From a bacterium (lineage in GTDB: Bacteria; Electryoneota; Electryoneia; Electryoneales; Electryoneaceae): a stretch of 64,000 nt of DNA. The stretch covers positions 5,216,001 through 5,280,000 of the forward strand of contig OY769902.1 of assembly GCA_963669175.1 (NCBI GenBank). Reading direction: 5' to 3'. The notes beneath the pieces were generated by a model. That model saw only the letters and a list, made by a program, of their open reading frames with translations, did no database searches and was not told the DNA's origin. Below are positions 30,145 through 41,056 of this stretch, piece after piece (the stretch's first letter is position 1; each line of letters opens with the position of its first letter). A program made the position numbers and the translations under genes.

Positions 30145-30981
30145 TCATTTGTGGCAAGAAAGGCATACTTTAGAGATTCCATAAAGGTCATCATTGTCAA
30201 TAATTTTCTCTTTTGGACGAAGAGGGTTTTCCTGAAGTTTAGCTAAAAGGGCCTCTTTACGACGCTGATGATCAATCTCGATTTCCTTGATCCGATCATC
30301 CTTGACGAGGTCTAAAAGGGATTCGCCTTGCGACCAGGTGAAGGGAGAACCATGTTCTAAGGCAGTTTTTTCATATTTTACCGCTTCTAGAAAATCGTCG
30401 TAATATCGCCTGTACAGCTCAACCCATTCAATCTTTTGTTGGTAGAAGCAAAATGTACAGCCACTTCGAGAACGCCAATCGTAGTAACCTGGTCTACCTA
30501 ATCCCTCTGTCTCGAGTATTTCAAAGACGCCCTCCTTATCAACGCCATCCTCTTTGAATGGTAACTTTACAATAAGATCATCATCTTTAGAATCGTAACC
30601 CTCACGGTATTCTTCATCAGAACGAATAGCAACATAGCTTATAACCTTGAATCCATCGTTGAGAAATTCACGAACCCATTTTTCAAATGGTCGAATCTTC
30701 AGTTGTCTTGTACACCACCTGGTTTGAGGGGATGGTAAAAGGTTTCCATATTGCCGGAGCCAGAAATCAAAATCTCTATCCGGATTCAACCTTGTAATCT
30801 GCTTGTCTAACAGTCCTTCCAGTTTATTCAGGTAATCATACGTCTCATGAAGTTCCTTCCCCGTGTCTGTGAAGAAGTACTCAATTTCAATTTCAGGATA
30901 GTTTCTATGCATATACACTGCTAGCGCTGCACTATCTTTCCCCCCAGAAAGTCCAAGTACATGTTTTGTTTTTTCCATCAA
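30145..30981 (-). CDS. sspD: SspD, PAPS-reductase-family protein
   Basis: LSGGKDSAAL PP-loop, RWCT, SRSGCTFCFYQ and terminal CLSCHK. Confidence 0.85.
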   Translation of the reverse strand: MMEKTKHVLGLSGGKDSAALAVYMHRNYPEIEIEYFFTDTGKELHETYDYLNKLEGLLDKQITRLNPDRDFDFWLRQYGNLLPSPQTRWCTRQLKIRPFEKWVREFLNDGFKVISYVAIRSDEEYREGYDSKDDDLIVKLPFKEDGVDKEGVFEILETEGLGRPGYYDWRSRSGCTFCFYQQKIEWVELYRRYYDDFLEAVKYEKTALEHGSPFTWSQGESLLDLVKDDRIKEIEIDHQRRKEALLAKLQENPLRPKEKIIDNDDLYGISKVCLSCHK

Positions 30982-33900
30982 TCAGCCTTCCAGTCTTTTC
31001 TTGATAATGTCTTTCCCAGCGATCGCGAGAGCAGCAATCGCGATCTCTTCGTTAGATTCTTTCGCAAGCTGGCCACCAATCATTTCTGAGAGCAGTTTTG
31101 CTTTCTTCAGTTCAGTCTCCGATAGCGAGAAATCATGGTTGATTGGCTCCTGGGATCCATTATCTCCTATGACCAAAGCAACCGCATGTCTGGTGTCCTT
31201 CCTGTTCTTTACACGAGCGATTGCCTCGGCCCTGAGGAATTGTGTGGCTAGCTCAGCAATCCGAACCCGGGCTTTATCAATGTCAATATCAATCCATTTA
31301 TCAGTGGGTTTACTTGATGCGAAGCTGATAATGCCTTCAAGATCGCGTGTAGAATCTTCATACCTTGAAAGACGAGATGCAAAACCATCAAATACTTTGT
31401 CGCCGATTAAATCGTATACATTCTTTGCTCTTTCTTTAAGGTCAGATATGCTGCTGACATGCAGCTCATGAAGCAGCAAGCGTCGAAAGTCTCGCAGTAC
31501 AATCTCGTAGAACCCGACTAGTTCAAGTAGCGCCGCTTTGATAACATCAAGGACTTCTTGTACCGAGCTTTTATCGGAATAGATATCACTTTCAGAGAGT
31601 CTGGGAAGTTCGTTGAAAAGTAATTTGTTTGGATCCTTCGCACGCTTCAGAACATTCCTAAAATGGATCGTTTGTTTGGAAAGCAGATTCGTGCGTTTTG
31701 TGTACTCCGGCAAATTATCGTATAGGGCCACAAGAGATCGAGCTGCACTCAACGGCTCCGACATATCGAAATGGGCGTCTGGGATAACCTCTTCCAGGAC
31801 AGCGGGTAGTTTCTTGAGTAACAACCTAGACGAGTCGTTCAGTTTCATCCATCGCAACTGGACCAGATGGGGGCTCTTGACTAGCTCATCGACAAACACA
31901 TCAGTAAGAGATGCTTGATATATTCCGATCCTATATACCCCAAGGAAACGTTGTCTGGATAAGATGTAAGAGATCGCAAAGAATGGCATCAAGCCCCGTT
32001 TTAGTCCTATGGGAGCTGGTTCCCAAGCGTCATATAGTTCAGCGACCTGTAGAGCTTTGTCTTCGTTCGTCATCAGCAGTTCATCAGCGACTTTCCATAA
32101 AGCAAAGAGATTGTTGTTGCTATCTGGAACAGGCTCCTGAAATTCCCATTGTTGCTCAGTGTTCTGGTAAAGGCCAGTATTCAGAAGGAGTGAATCGAAC
32201 AATCCACCTTCAGCTGGGTAACCCTCAATCCCAAGACGAGCTTCCCCATTGTGATTGACCATATTTCTAAGGAGAGCATTTTGAGCTGCTACAGCACTCC
32301 CAGAGGGCTTCGTTCTGTTCAGAAGTTCGTTATGGATTATGGGGGCGTCATAGAAAATTTCTGCTGCAATTGATGATGCTTTATAGCTAAGGCCACCCCG
32401 ATCCAAAACTCCGAGGCAATTCCCCTGCTGATACCATCTGGCAGTGGCTATGGCCTTGTCCAAGAGAATATTAAGCATCGCTTGTAGCTCCGCAATCCTC
32501 TCTTTTGTTTCGCGTCTTGCAATCTCATCGCTAGCTATTGCAGGATGGGTCTCCCTGACACGTTCTGTGGCGAGCAGTTCCTTTACGACCGAAGCGAAGC
32601 CCCAGGAATAATCTGAATAGCCATACAGAATGCACGTTGGTGCTTGGCAGCTAATGTCTTCACAAATTGTTTCTTGAATCTTCTTGTCTGATTCAACTAG
32701 GTCGATTGAGTCTGGCACTACAAGTACAAATCTTCCGACCAGCGAGGGGGATTCAGGAATATCCTCAAGAGAATTTTTCAACTCAGAAGTTGGAATTAGC
32801 TTGAGATCAAACCATCGCAATGTCCCAGTTTCATGATAATGTCTCTTCGCAACAATCGGTTGGATGTTATGGAGGCTTTCAACCTTCCCATATTCAATTT
32901 GACCAATTTGGTTTGAGATTGTTGATACCTCGGCATCAAGGTCAAAATCACTTCCAGAGAAAAGGGCGTATGAATCTGATTGCTTTTTGTACACGATAAG
33001 ATTTGATTCTTCCAATCTTTCCAGCGAAGTGACTAATGAAGCACTTCTGAATAAGGTTGAAAGCAATTCTTGATTCGGTTCCATTCCAGCTTCTTTGCCG
33101 AATAGATGCACAATCGAAATAGTCTTCAAGACCTGGAGATCGATATCCTCAAAGCCCAAAGCCTGACACTTGTCAATTACTGTTGCAGCTATTGTCCAAC
33201 GGTGCCCATCTGGAGAAGCTAATATTGCTGGTTCGAGATTTGATTTGTAATAATCCCAAAGTTTGGATGGGGTGAAGAGCGCTTCCTTGCTATTCTCCAG
33301 AAAATCCTGGAATCCTGCCGGTTCGCTCGATGAAAGAAAACTGAAAACACTTCTCTGGTTTTGGCTGAACCTCCTTCTAGAGATGGGTCCCAATAGGCAT
33401 GTGCAAATTGGATGGAGCGGCCAAGCCTTAGATAGAAGACTAATCACATTGCTTGCCGAGATGACACGATTCCTGCTAATCAAAGCAACAATATCTTTCG
33501 AGTTTCCAATAAATGATTCAGCGATTCTACAATTATCATTCTGGATCGCATTGGATATTAGCGAGATTGTTTCATCCTGTGTTACACTCAGGGGAAGCTC
33601 TATGAATCGCCCCTGTACCTTCCGCCAGTCATCTCTAACTTGTTGGGTCGATCGATTTACATATTCTGTGAAGGATTGATGCAACACACCAATGAAAAGG
33701 AGTCTACCCTCGCTTCGATTGGCGATTTCAGCTATTTGCTGAAAGAGATAGACGTCAGAATAGCCTCTTGCGGCATGTTCAAGAGCTTTTCCCATCTCGT
33801 CAAATATGATGATCGAGTTCTTTTTTACGTTAGGTTTTGCGAGCCTGGTCAGAATCTTGATGAGGTCGGAATCCGATTCCACAGGCGTTGATTTTCTAAT

Positions 33901-34293
33901 TGTCTTACTGCCTACCAAGCCCTCAGTGATCAGTGTCAATGGAGACTCTCGGCGGCCAACGATTGGAATTAGATTTGTCCCAGCTTTGTTTCTCTTCAAT
34001 ACATCTACTAAGGAACCTGAGATTTCCTTGCCTAGAACTTTGTTAGCTTTCTCGTTGAGCTCGCTTTGTTTGGAGAATAGTGAAAACAGAGCAAGAGCTA
34101 AGCTAGATTTACCACTTCCATATGGACCGACCCAGGAAAAAGCACAATGTCCATCCGAGATGATGTTTGTCATCTGCGAAAGCATGCTTCGCGCCGAAGG
34201 AGGGCAAATATACCCATCAAGCGATTCCAAGGAATCAATATCTTGCGAAATCTCGATTGACCTCTGGAATCTTCGGCAATTTCTATATGGCAT
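30982..34293 (-). CDS. sspC: SspC, large ATPase
   Basis: GPYGSGKSS, FDEMGKALE, LHQSF and QNQRSVFSFL motifs; 1103 aa between the DUF4007 and PAPS reductase genes. Confidence 0.82.
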   Translation of the reverse strand: MPYRNCRRFQRSIEISQDIDSLESLDGYICPPSARSMLSQMTNIISDGHCAFSWVGPYGSGKSSLALALFSLFSKQSELNEKANKVLGKEISGSLVDVLKRNKAGTNLIPIVGRRESPLTLITEGLVGSKTIRKSTPVESDSDLIKILTRLAKPNVKKNSIIIFDEMGKALEHAARGYSDVYLFQQIAEIANRSEGRLLFIGVLHQSFTEYVNRSTQQVRDDWRKVQGRFIELPLSVTQDETISLISNAIQNDNCRIAESFIGNSKDIVALISRNRVISASNVISLLSKAWPLHPICTCLLGPISRRRFSQNQRSVFSFLSSSEPAGFQDFLENSKEALFTPSKLWDYYKSNLEPAILASPDGHRWTIAATVIDKCQALGFEDIDLQVLKTISIVHLFGKEAGMEPNQELLSTLFRSASLVTSLERLEESNLIVYKKQSDSYALFSGSDFDLDAEVSTISNQIGQIEYGKVESLHNIQPIVAKRHYHETGTLRWFDLKLIPTSELKNSLEDIPESPSLVGRFVLVVPDSIDLVESDKKIQETICEDISCQAPTCILYGYSDYSWGFASVVKELLATERVRETHPAIASDEIARRETKERIAELQAMLNILLDKAIATARWYQQGNCLGVLDRGGLSYKASSIAAEIFYDAPIIHNELLNRTKPSGSAVAAQNALLRNMVNHNGEARLGIEGYPAEGGLFDSLLLNTGLYQNTEQQWEFQEPVPDSNNNLFALWKVADELLMTNEDKALQVAELYDAWEPAPIGLKRGLMPFFAISYILSRQRFLGVYRIGIYQASLTDVFVDELVKSPHLVQLRWMKLNDSSRLLLKKLPAVLEEVIPDAHFDMSEPLSAARSLVALYDNLPEYTKRTNLLSKQTIHFRNVLKRAKDPNKLLFNELPRLSESDIYSDKSSVQEVLDVIKAALLELVGFYEIVLRDFRRLLLHELHVSSISDLKERAKNVYDLIGDKVFDGFASRLSRYEDSTRDLEGIISFASSKPTDKWIDIDIDKARVRIAELATQFLRAEAIARVKNRKDTRHAVALVIGDNGSQEPINHDFSLSETELKKAKLLSEMIGGQLAKESNEEIAIAALAIAGKDIIKKRLEG

Positions 34294-34316
34294 TTGGCTC
34301 GCATGGTTTTTCCCAA

Positions 34317-35240
34317 TTACTGGTAGCTTTCTTGAAGTAACTCGAACTTCATTTCACTGGGGATTTCATGTGTCCTAATCAGTTGTTGCAATCCTGCTGT
34401 TTCGGACCATTCAATGCTTCCATTGGACATTGACACCATATCCTGAATTCTGTTCATGAGGGATTCTTCATCTAGCAGGAATACTCTTCCTGGGGATCCG
34501 GGATGGAAGGTCAAACGCTCCGATGAAAGGGTAATATTATCAGGAAACCTTTCCCAGAAATCCAACACAGCATATCCAAAAACGCCAGTGGTTAAGGTTG
34601 GTTTCTCCCCACGATTGAACCTAAATCCATCGCGTGATCCAATTTGTTTTAACAGGTTCAGTTCAATCAAGGGTGACTCGATTGATTCTTCAGCGTCTTT
34701 ACGCTTTGAGGATTTTTGGGGTGCGTATGTTCGTATGAAACAATCAACATCACGTTTCAGAGTGTTTTCAGATATTTTCATCCAATCCAATTCGGTTGCC
34801 ATTCTCAAGATAGCCTTTACCAGATTTTCCCTTTCGAAAAAGCTATCCGGATAATGATTGAATGACCAATACCAAGTCGTATTCTCATGGTTCCCTGAAA
34901 GGTTCCATTGAATGATCCACAAGGATGCCGGATTCTCCAGATAGGGATCAAGTCCACTATCTTCATCAAAGATCATCTTTCCAATTCTAGTCGGTTCAAT
35001 AGCTTGGCTATCTTCCATGAGGATGCCTGAAGTGTTGGCCCAATAACGGATTGATGATACCATATTCCGTCCAACCCCAAACCTCGCAATGGCATCAGGA
35101 TCAGTAAAGACAGATTTGCAGTTGCCATTTTGGGTTACCGCATCATATGCTTTTTTAAGCCACCCGTAGCGCATAGGGAATGTCTCATGGCCAGAAAAGC
35201 TTGGCTTGTAATCCGGTTGGGAAAGTGGTCCCACATGCAT
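34317..35240 (-). CDS. sspB: SspB, DUF4007 protein
   Basis: FSGHETFPMRYGWLKK, FGVGRNMVSSIRYW and DPYLE motifs. Confidence 0.85.
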   Translation of the reverse strand: MHVGPLSQPDYKPSFSGHETFPMRYGWLKKAYDAVTQNGNCKSVFTDPDAIARFGVGRNMVSSIRYWANTSGILMEDSQAIEPTRIGKMIFDEDSGLDPYLENPASLWIIQWNLSGNHENTTWYWSFNHYPDSFFERENLVKAILRMATELDWMKISENTLKRDVDCFIRTYAPQKSSKRKDAEESIESPLIELNLLKQIGSRDGFRFNRGEKPTLTTGVFGYAVLDFWERFPDNITLSSERLTFHPGSPGRVFLLDEESLMNRIQDMVSMSNGSIEWSETAGLQQLIRTHEIPSEMKFELLQESYQ

Positions 35241-35362
35241 ATATTTGTCTCCTGGATGAATCGTCCAGCAGGAAGATACAGTGATAAGGTCAAGCAAACA
35301 AGGAGCTGGAGGATTCATCCAGCAACAAAGGAAATTGAAAAAGCGAGGAGATTGTAAAGTAA

Positions 35363-36523
35363 ATGATTATAAATAATCGCATTTACGCAGATTACAACGC
35401 AACCACTCCTGTTGACCCAAGGGTGCTTGAGGCAATGGAACCCTATCAGAGCAGTTATTTTGGAAATCCACACTCCAACAGTCACTCCTTCGGATGGGAA
35501 GCACGCAAAGCTGTAGACGATGCCGTTGGGGAAATCGCTCAGATTCTCCGGGTGGATTGCGATGAAATCATTATCACTTCGGGCGCAACTGAATCGAATA
35601 ACCTTGCTATTCAGGGAATGCTTCCTCGAGAATTGCACGAAGGCAAGAATCATTTATTGATCGGTGCAAACGAACACTCCAGCATCAGGGAATGCGCTTA
35701 CAATCTTCAACTTCAGAAAAGGGTGTCTGCAATATCAGTGGGGGTAAATAATGAAGGATTCATCATAGAAGATCAAATCTCACAACTTTCAGACGCCCAG
35801 GACTATTACCTCGCTAGTATCGAAGCTGTGAATGGTGAAATTGGAACCATTCAGGATATAGAATCAATTCACAATATCTTGCAAACGAGATCGATTCCTT
35901 TTCATACGGATGCCGCTCAAGCTCCTGCTGCAATAGATATTTCCGGATTAGCTCAACATTGCGAACTGATGAGCCTGTCAGCCCATAAAGTGTACGGTCC
36001 TAAAGGAATTGGGCTCTTATATATCTCAAGAGAAATTCAAGATCGATTTCACCCTATAATGTATGGAGGCGGACAACAGCGGGGATTACGTCCAGGGACA
36101 ATACCAGTACCCCTTGTTATCGGTTTCAAGGAAGCACTTCGAATTGTTCAAAGAGAAGGAGGTGAGGAAAGAAGGAAAATTGCCGATCTCCGAAATCAAG
36201 TTATTCAAGCACTCAGAGACAGCAATCCAGAAATTAGACTGAATGGTCCTGAAAATGAAAGGCGGCACCCAGGGAATGCCAATATCCTATTATCGGATAT
36301 TGATGCCGAAGATTTTCTGCTCCGTTTACAACCCCATATTGCAGCCTCAACAGGGTCAGCTTGCACATCAGGAATTCCAGAGCCTTCTCGAGTTTTGCGT
36401 GAAATTGGACTCTCAAAATCGGAAGCTGCTTCAAGTATTCGGCTCTGTTTTGGCCGATTTAATAATGTTCAGCAAACAGTTCATATTATTGATCTTATTG
36501 AAAGGTTCATGAATCAATATTAA
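35363..36523 (+). CDS. sspA: SspA/DndA-type cysteine desulfurase
   Basis: YADYNATTP, TSGATESNN, HTDAAQ, SAHKVYGPKG (PLP Lys) and STGSAC. Divergent from sspB. Confidence 0.85.
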   Translation: MIINNRIYADYNATTPVDPRVLEAMEPYQSSYFGNPHSNSHSFGWEARKAVDDAVGEIAQILRVDCDEIIITSGATESNNLAIQGMLPRELHEGKNHLLIGANEHSSIRECAYNLQLQKRVSAISVGVNNEGFIIEDQISQLSDAQDYYLASIEAVNGEIGTIQDIESIHNILQTRSIPFHTDAAQAPAAIDISGLAQHCELMSLSAHKVYGPKGIGLLYISREIQDRFHPIMYGGGQQRGLRPGTIPVPLVIGFKEALRIVQREGGEERRKIADLRNQVIQALRDSNPEIRLNGPENERRHPGNANILLSDIDAEDFLLRLQPHIAASTGSACTSGIPEPSRVLREIGLSKSEAASSIRLCFGRFNNVQQTVHIIDLIERFMNQY

Positions 36524-36644
36524 TTATCAATATCTTCTCTTTGTCTCTCCTTACAATAAATTTCATTAAATTGTTAATAATATACTTAGGTTTCACATTC
36601 CACTCTATAATGGCATTCTACTTCCCCTGGATCACTAGTATTGT

Positions 36645-37712
36645 TTAATGATTTACAAGAAACTGGAACGCAGGCTCAAGTTCTTGGGCGATAATTTTCG
36701 CCTGGAGATCGATATGCTGAAGATTATAAAATCCAGGGTACTTTTCGGCAATATCTCTCAGGCGAATCGCCCACCCAAATCCTTCCCAATAAATCCATTT
36801 ATAGAAACCTGGATGCGAGAACTTCTTAAATTCTTCATTGCCGGAGTAATCATACACACAAACGAATACGTTTCCCTCTTCCGGTAAATCACGCCTTTCA
36901 GGTTCCGGACGAATGCCATAGAACACATATATACTGAAGGCTAGCTTATCATCATCCGTGTAGTTCCCACCTGCATACCAGAAGGATTTTTCCTTGAAGG
37001 TATATTCTTCAGCATCTTCTGGATCTAATATTTGAATTATCTTTCGGGCCAGAGTCATCATTTGACTGTTGAATCTATGGTATGTGAGAACGGTTTCATT
37101 CAAGTTTGCTGGCAGTGGGGGATCGGCAATCATGTTCCACTCCTTCATTAATTCACAGAATTCGTTACGCAGGAAGACCTTCACCTCTACCGCCGTGTCA
37201 TCAGAAGGCAGTTCGGTATGGAATTCTCGATGCAGTTGATCCCAGGTCAGGTTAAGGAATGCACGTTTTTCTGGATGCAATGGATTTTCAAGTAGAGTCC
37301 CTGGTACGATATCACGCGTCAACAAGATCACTTCAACCACTTTGTTGGGATACCGTTTTAGGGCCCGGGCATAATACTTTTGTGGCTGTTGATCACCCAA
37401 GCCTGCATCCACCTTCGCTTCGATGACCAGAATCCTGTCTGGCTCTTCCTGATTTTCGCCCTCAAAGAGGACAATATCTGGACGTAGGGTTTCCTTGTCA
37501 GCCTTCTTTCCATTCTTGTCACCGATCCATACTACTTGATGATTTATCCTGACGAGTGCATCTGGAGACTTTTGAAATGCAGCCTTCCAGAACCAATCCC
37601 GGATGTCTTGATCTACCGAAAGCAGACGAGTGAGAGCGGCTGTGGTAAAGCACTCCTTTGCACCTTTTTGCTCACCTTTCGTATACCTGTATAGCTCACC
37701 CAAGTAGCCCAT
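36645..37712 (-). CDS. PD-(D/E)XK nuclease-like protein
   Basis: RPDIVLF...VIEAKVDA motif. AAGGAGG RBS before ATG 37712. Confidence 0.7.
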   Translation of the reverse strand: MGYLGELYRYTKGEQKGAKECFTTAALTRLLSVDQDIRDWFWKAAFQKSPDALVRINHQVVWIGDKNGKKADKETLRPDIVLFEGENQEEPDRILVIEAKVDAGLGDQQPQKYYARALKRYPNKVVEVILLTRDIVPGTLLENPLHPEKRAFLNLTWDQLHREFHTELPSDDTAVEVKVFLRNEFCELMKEWNMIADPPLPANLNETVLTYHRFNSQMMTLARKIIQILDPEDAEEYTFKEKSFWYAGGNYTDDDKLAFSIYVFYGIRPEPERRDLPEEGNVFVCVYDYSGNEEFKKFSHPGFYKWIYWEGFGWAIRLRDIAEKYPGFYNLQHIDLQAKIIAQELEPAFQFLVNH

Positions 37713-37727
37713 GAGCACCTCCTTATC

Positions 37728-38841
37728 TTACCGACCAATGTTTCCATACCGTCTAAGGATCCATTCCTTCCATGCTTGTCTGGTGCATATTGGGTCAGCG
37801 CGCCCAGGAGCTCCTCTGTATACATAAATTTGAAGAAATCCTTTGCTCGTTTTGGACCGCCAAGGAAATATGTCCAAACATCTTCGAGGGTGGTGCCAAT
37901 CTTATGGAAGCGTGATTTCTCCCTGATCTCAAGCAACTCCTTGTTCTTTTCTGGTGCAACGTAAAGAACTGATACTGTATCAGCCTGCATCTCCTGGGCT
38001 TTCTCCATCGCTCGTGCTAAAAGCTGGAGTCGCATCAGTTGGTCGAAGGGATCGTAGAAGAGATGTTCAAGTGGGAAACGGGGATTGTTTCCGAAAGGCG
38101 ATCCCTTTTCTGTGATATGCTGCTGGTAGATGGAGAGACGATCCGTACCGCTCTGGCTATACCTGATCAACTGGTTTGTATTGTAAGACTCTGTGTACTT
38201 CCACTCGCCAATCACTATGTGGATCTTGTTATTGGAGTCTCGATACCGGAAGGCGAAGTCGGCAGAGGTGAAGTTCGCACCACGTGACCGTTGCCAGCAT
38301 TTTGCAGGCATACCTCGAGCAAGCTCGCCCAAATAGTTATGCTGCCCAATCCATTCGAAGCTTAGATATGGTGCTGTCTGCGATACGTGAGGCATTTCAG
38401 AGTAGTTACCTTGGGGATGATCCTCACTGGTATAGTCCAAATCGAAAGGCAAGAGTTCAGCGATATCAAATATTCTTTCTTCTGGAAGTGAGCCTGAACC
38501 ACCCTTTCTGAGCGAGTTCAAGGCATTTTTAAATAGCTCTGGATTGCGGCTGAAAGGAAACAAGACGTTTACACAAGCCGCTTGTGAGTCGAGCATGTTG
38601 TTGCTCGGGTGGTACGATTTATCGGGTTGTTGCACTGCGTCGTGCCATTTGATTTTGCGGTTCGTGAAGTAGGTAATTGCTTTTTCGCGAATGGAGCGAT
38701 GCAGTTTTCGGCGGCAAGCTCTCTGACGAGGCAATGAGAATATTTTTGACTGCGATACGAACCATCAACCTTGACCGCTTCTGCACTGAACAAATTAGGT
38801 TCAATTGCCATACTACGAGCTTGATCATCTTTAAAAGACAT
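37728..38841 (-). pseudogene. PGN_0703-like putative restriction endonuclease split by two frameshifts
   Basis: The MSFKDD...AAEN frame switches to IREKAITYF..IKWHD...SQAACVN...TSADF..GEWKYTE near 38700, and again near 37775 to WKEWILRRYG*. The 1114-bp span is two bases short of 372 codons. Confidence 0.6.
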
Positions 38842-38854
38842 GATTTCTCTCCTT

Positions 38855-39727
38855 TCAAACTCCAAGAGATTTTAAGAGCCAATGATAATTCTCAGTGCTA
38901 AATGGGGTTCCACGCATATCAACTGCGTGATTTGATGATAAAAATATTGGTAGTGATTCATTCCATTCACCCTCGCGCAAGATAGGAATGAATTTTCGAT
39001 CATTGAATTGTGTTAATATCTCATTTGTAATTATTCTTGCTTCATAACCAACGCCACCTGTACGATTATCAGCCTTTTTTTTGTACTCAGGTGTACAAAT
39101 AATAAGGACAAAGTTGCTTTCACTGACAGATCTCTCCATAAAATGTGTAAGTTCATTACCTGCCAATGAATTATTTTTATCAATGATAACCTTCACGCCT
39201 TCTGTCGCCAGACGTGAAGCAAGTTCGTAAATCCACTCAATATGATCATCACTGTCATAGGAATAAGAAATAAACACTGACAGCATCGATGATTCTAATT
39301 CTACCATGTGTTGTGCAGGGGAGGCAGGTTTTGAAGGTGATAGCTCAAGCTCATACGCTTCTGGCCAGGATACTTTATTTGGATCAATTGGATTTCTTTG
39401 AGGTACATTAGCGGTGTGGAGATCAATATTTCCGAAATCGCCAGGGAGGTTACCAGTTGAGATGACAGATTTAATATGTAATTCTGCGTATGCGAAAAGT
39501 GTCTTTATAAGGGCTGGATGGCTATCTAGATTGGGATAGCTAACCCATCCCCATGTGACGATCAACGAGTCCGATATTGTTACCTCAATTCGGTGTTCTG
39601 ATTCTTCATCGCGAAATGGTGGATCTTGGTATATGATTACTTTAAAGGGAAAACGTACTTGTTTTCCATCAAAACCAGGAGGAGTAGTTTCTCGGTATCT
39701 TTTAAATTGTATCTTCAATCTCATCAA
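38855..39727 (-). CDS. Protein with C-terminal TIR/SEFIR domain
   Basis: VFISYSYDSDDHIEWIYELA...FVLIICTPEYKKKAD...GGVGYE...KFIPILR. Confidence 0.85.
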   Translation of the reverse strand: MMRLKIQFKRYRETTPPGFDGKQVRFPFKVIIYQDPPFRDEESEHRIEVTISDSLIVTWGWVSYPNLDSHPALIKTLFAYAELHIKSVISTGNLPGDFGNIDLHTANVPQRNPIDPNKVSWPEAYELELSPSKPASPAQHMVELESSMLSVFISYSYDSDDHIEWIYELASRLATEGVKVIIDKNNSLAGNELTHFMERSVSESNFVLIICTPEYKKKADNRTGGVGYEARIITNEILTQFNDRKFIPILREGEWNESLPIFLSSNHAVDMRGTPFSTENYHWLLKSLGV

Positions 39728-39742
39728 CTCATCTCTCCTGTG

Positions 39743-40606
39743 CTATTTCACTTCCGGCCAAATATTTTTAAAGCCTTGCAACTTTAATTTCCCTTGAGCA
39801 TTGATAGCACTTATTAGTCCACTATCAATCTTATTGTCAGGAAATATAACATGTTCAGTATAAAGATCTTTATTTGCCCATGATTTAAGCATTTCTCGTT
39901 TTAGTATAAACTTTGCAACACAAAGGTAAGACATCTCATCCCCAAGGCGATTTTGCTTCAAATCACATATGGCAAGTGCTTGTTGTGTATGAGGACGTAG
40001 CCAAAGGGCATCAGAGATTCTAAGATCTATAACTCTAATAAGTTGAGACCTGTGAGATCGCGCACAGTATTGGGGAATGGCCAGCAAATAGATATATCCC
40101 TGATCCTTACTTGTATTATATGCAAACCAAACGGCTGTATGGGGATGATCAACAACATCCAACCACCATGTCTTACATCCATAATGAGTAGCCATTGCGG
40201 TTCTTATACCTTTCTCGTCATCATGGCTAGGTTCAGGTGCAAAATCATGTTCAATTAACTTCATAGCTTCTTCACACTTTTTATACATGCTCAAGACTTC
40301 AGATTTATCTTCCAAATTTCGAAATAACTTGGGGAATAGAGGATAATCTTCGGATTGTCCTCTATAATAAACACTTGTATTAAAATATTTTAGCTGAGCT
40401 TTAAACATTCCTACCGCAAGCATCATTTCTTCTATTGAACCAATCTCTATTATCCAAGGTCCAGGGAAATCATCTTTAATCGTTGAATTTTCCCACTTAT
40501 TCTTGAAGTGGTTTTTCGTTACCAATTCAATCAATGATCTAAGTTGGTCTTTCTCATCGTCATCCAACCATGGTAACCAATTTTTGACTGGCATTATCCC
40601 CTCCAC
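39743..40606 (-). CDS. FRG-domain protein
   Basis: YYRGQS...LFPKLFR and ATHYGCKTWWLDV...AVWFA. Confidence 0.8.
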   Translation of the reverse strand: MEGIMPVKNWLPWLDDDEKDQLRSLIELVTKNHFKNKWENSTIKDDFPGPWIIEIGSIEEMMLAVGMFKAQLKYFNTSVYYRGQSEDYPLFPKLFRNLEDKSEVLSMYKKCEEAMKLIEHDFAPEPSHDDEKGIRTAMATHYGCKTWWLDVVDHPHTAVWFAYNTSKDQGYIYLLAIPQYCARSHRSQLIRVIDLRISDALWLRPHTQQALAICDLKQNRLGDEMSYLCVAKFILKREMLKSWANKDLYTEHVIFPDNKIDSGLISAINAQGKLKLQGFKNIWPEVK

Positions 40607-40934
40607 CTTTCTTCGAAAAACCGTCTTCGCTTCTCTGTTTTGAATGAATCCAAGTTCTCATCTTTTTCTAGTCGATGGATGAAGGTAAGGGTGCTTACTT
40701 TAGAACACCAAATGTTAAAACAAATTTTCCGATCTTTTTACAGAATATTTTTTTGGGGTGGGATAGAGTTTAGAATTCTGAATGTAGATTTGGATCCCAT
40801 TTCCTTCCCACCCGACCTGTCATCTTATGTCGCTTAGCGTCCATTCTTGACTGCTATTCAAGGGGCTGATAAACAGGGAAATAACTCCACAATAACTGTA
40901 AAAATAAGAGGATAGATCACCGGATTGTCACCCA

Positions 40935-40978
40935 ACTCTTAATCCGTTGGTTCGGGGTTCGAGTCCCTGATGGCGCAC
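40935..40978 (+). repeat. att site: 3' half of tRNA-Lys(CTT), copy 2
   Basis: Identical to 21051-21094. Followed by a hairpin and by GTAGAGC x2 (41031 and 41042, 11-bp period). Confidence 0.88.
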
Positions 40979-41056
40979 TTTGATTTTTAAAAGGGTTACA
41001 GTTGATTTTGCAATCCTTTTCTTTGTATTGGTAGAGCAATAGTAGAGCGTAATCAT

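Larger units (their letters stand above)
21095..40978. mobile_element. Genomic island B (~19.9 kb) flanked by tRNA-Lys direct repeats
   Basis: 44-bp identical direct repeats at both ends. Contains a Rep-like gene, xis, two integrases and defence cargo. Confidence 0.82.
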
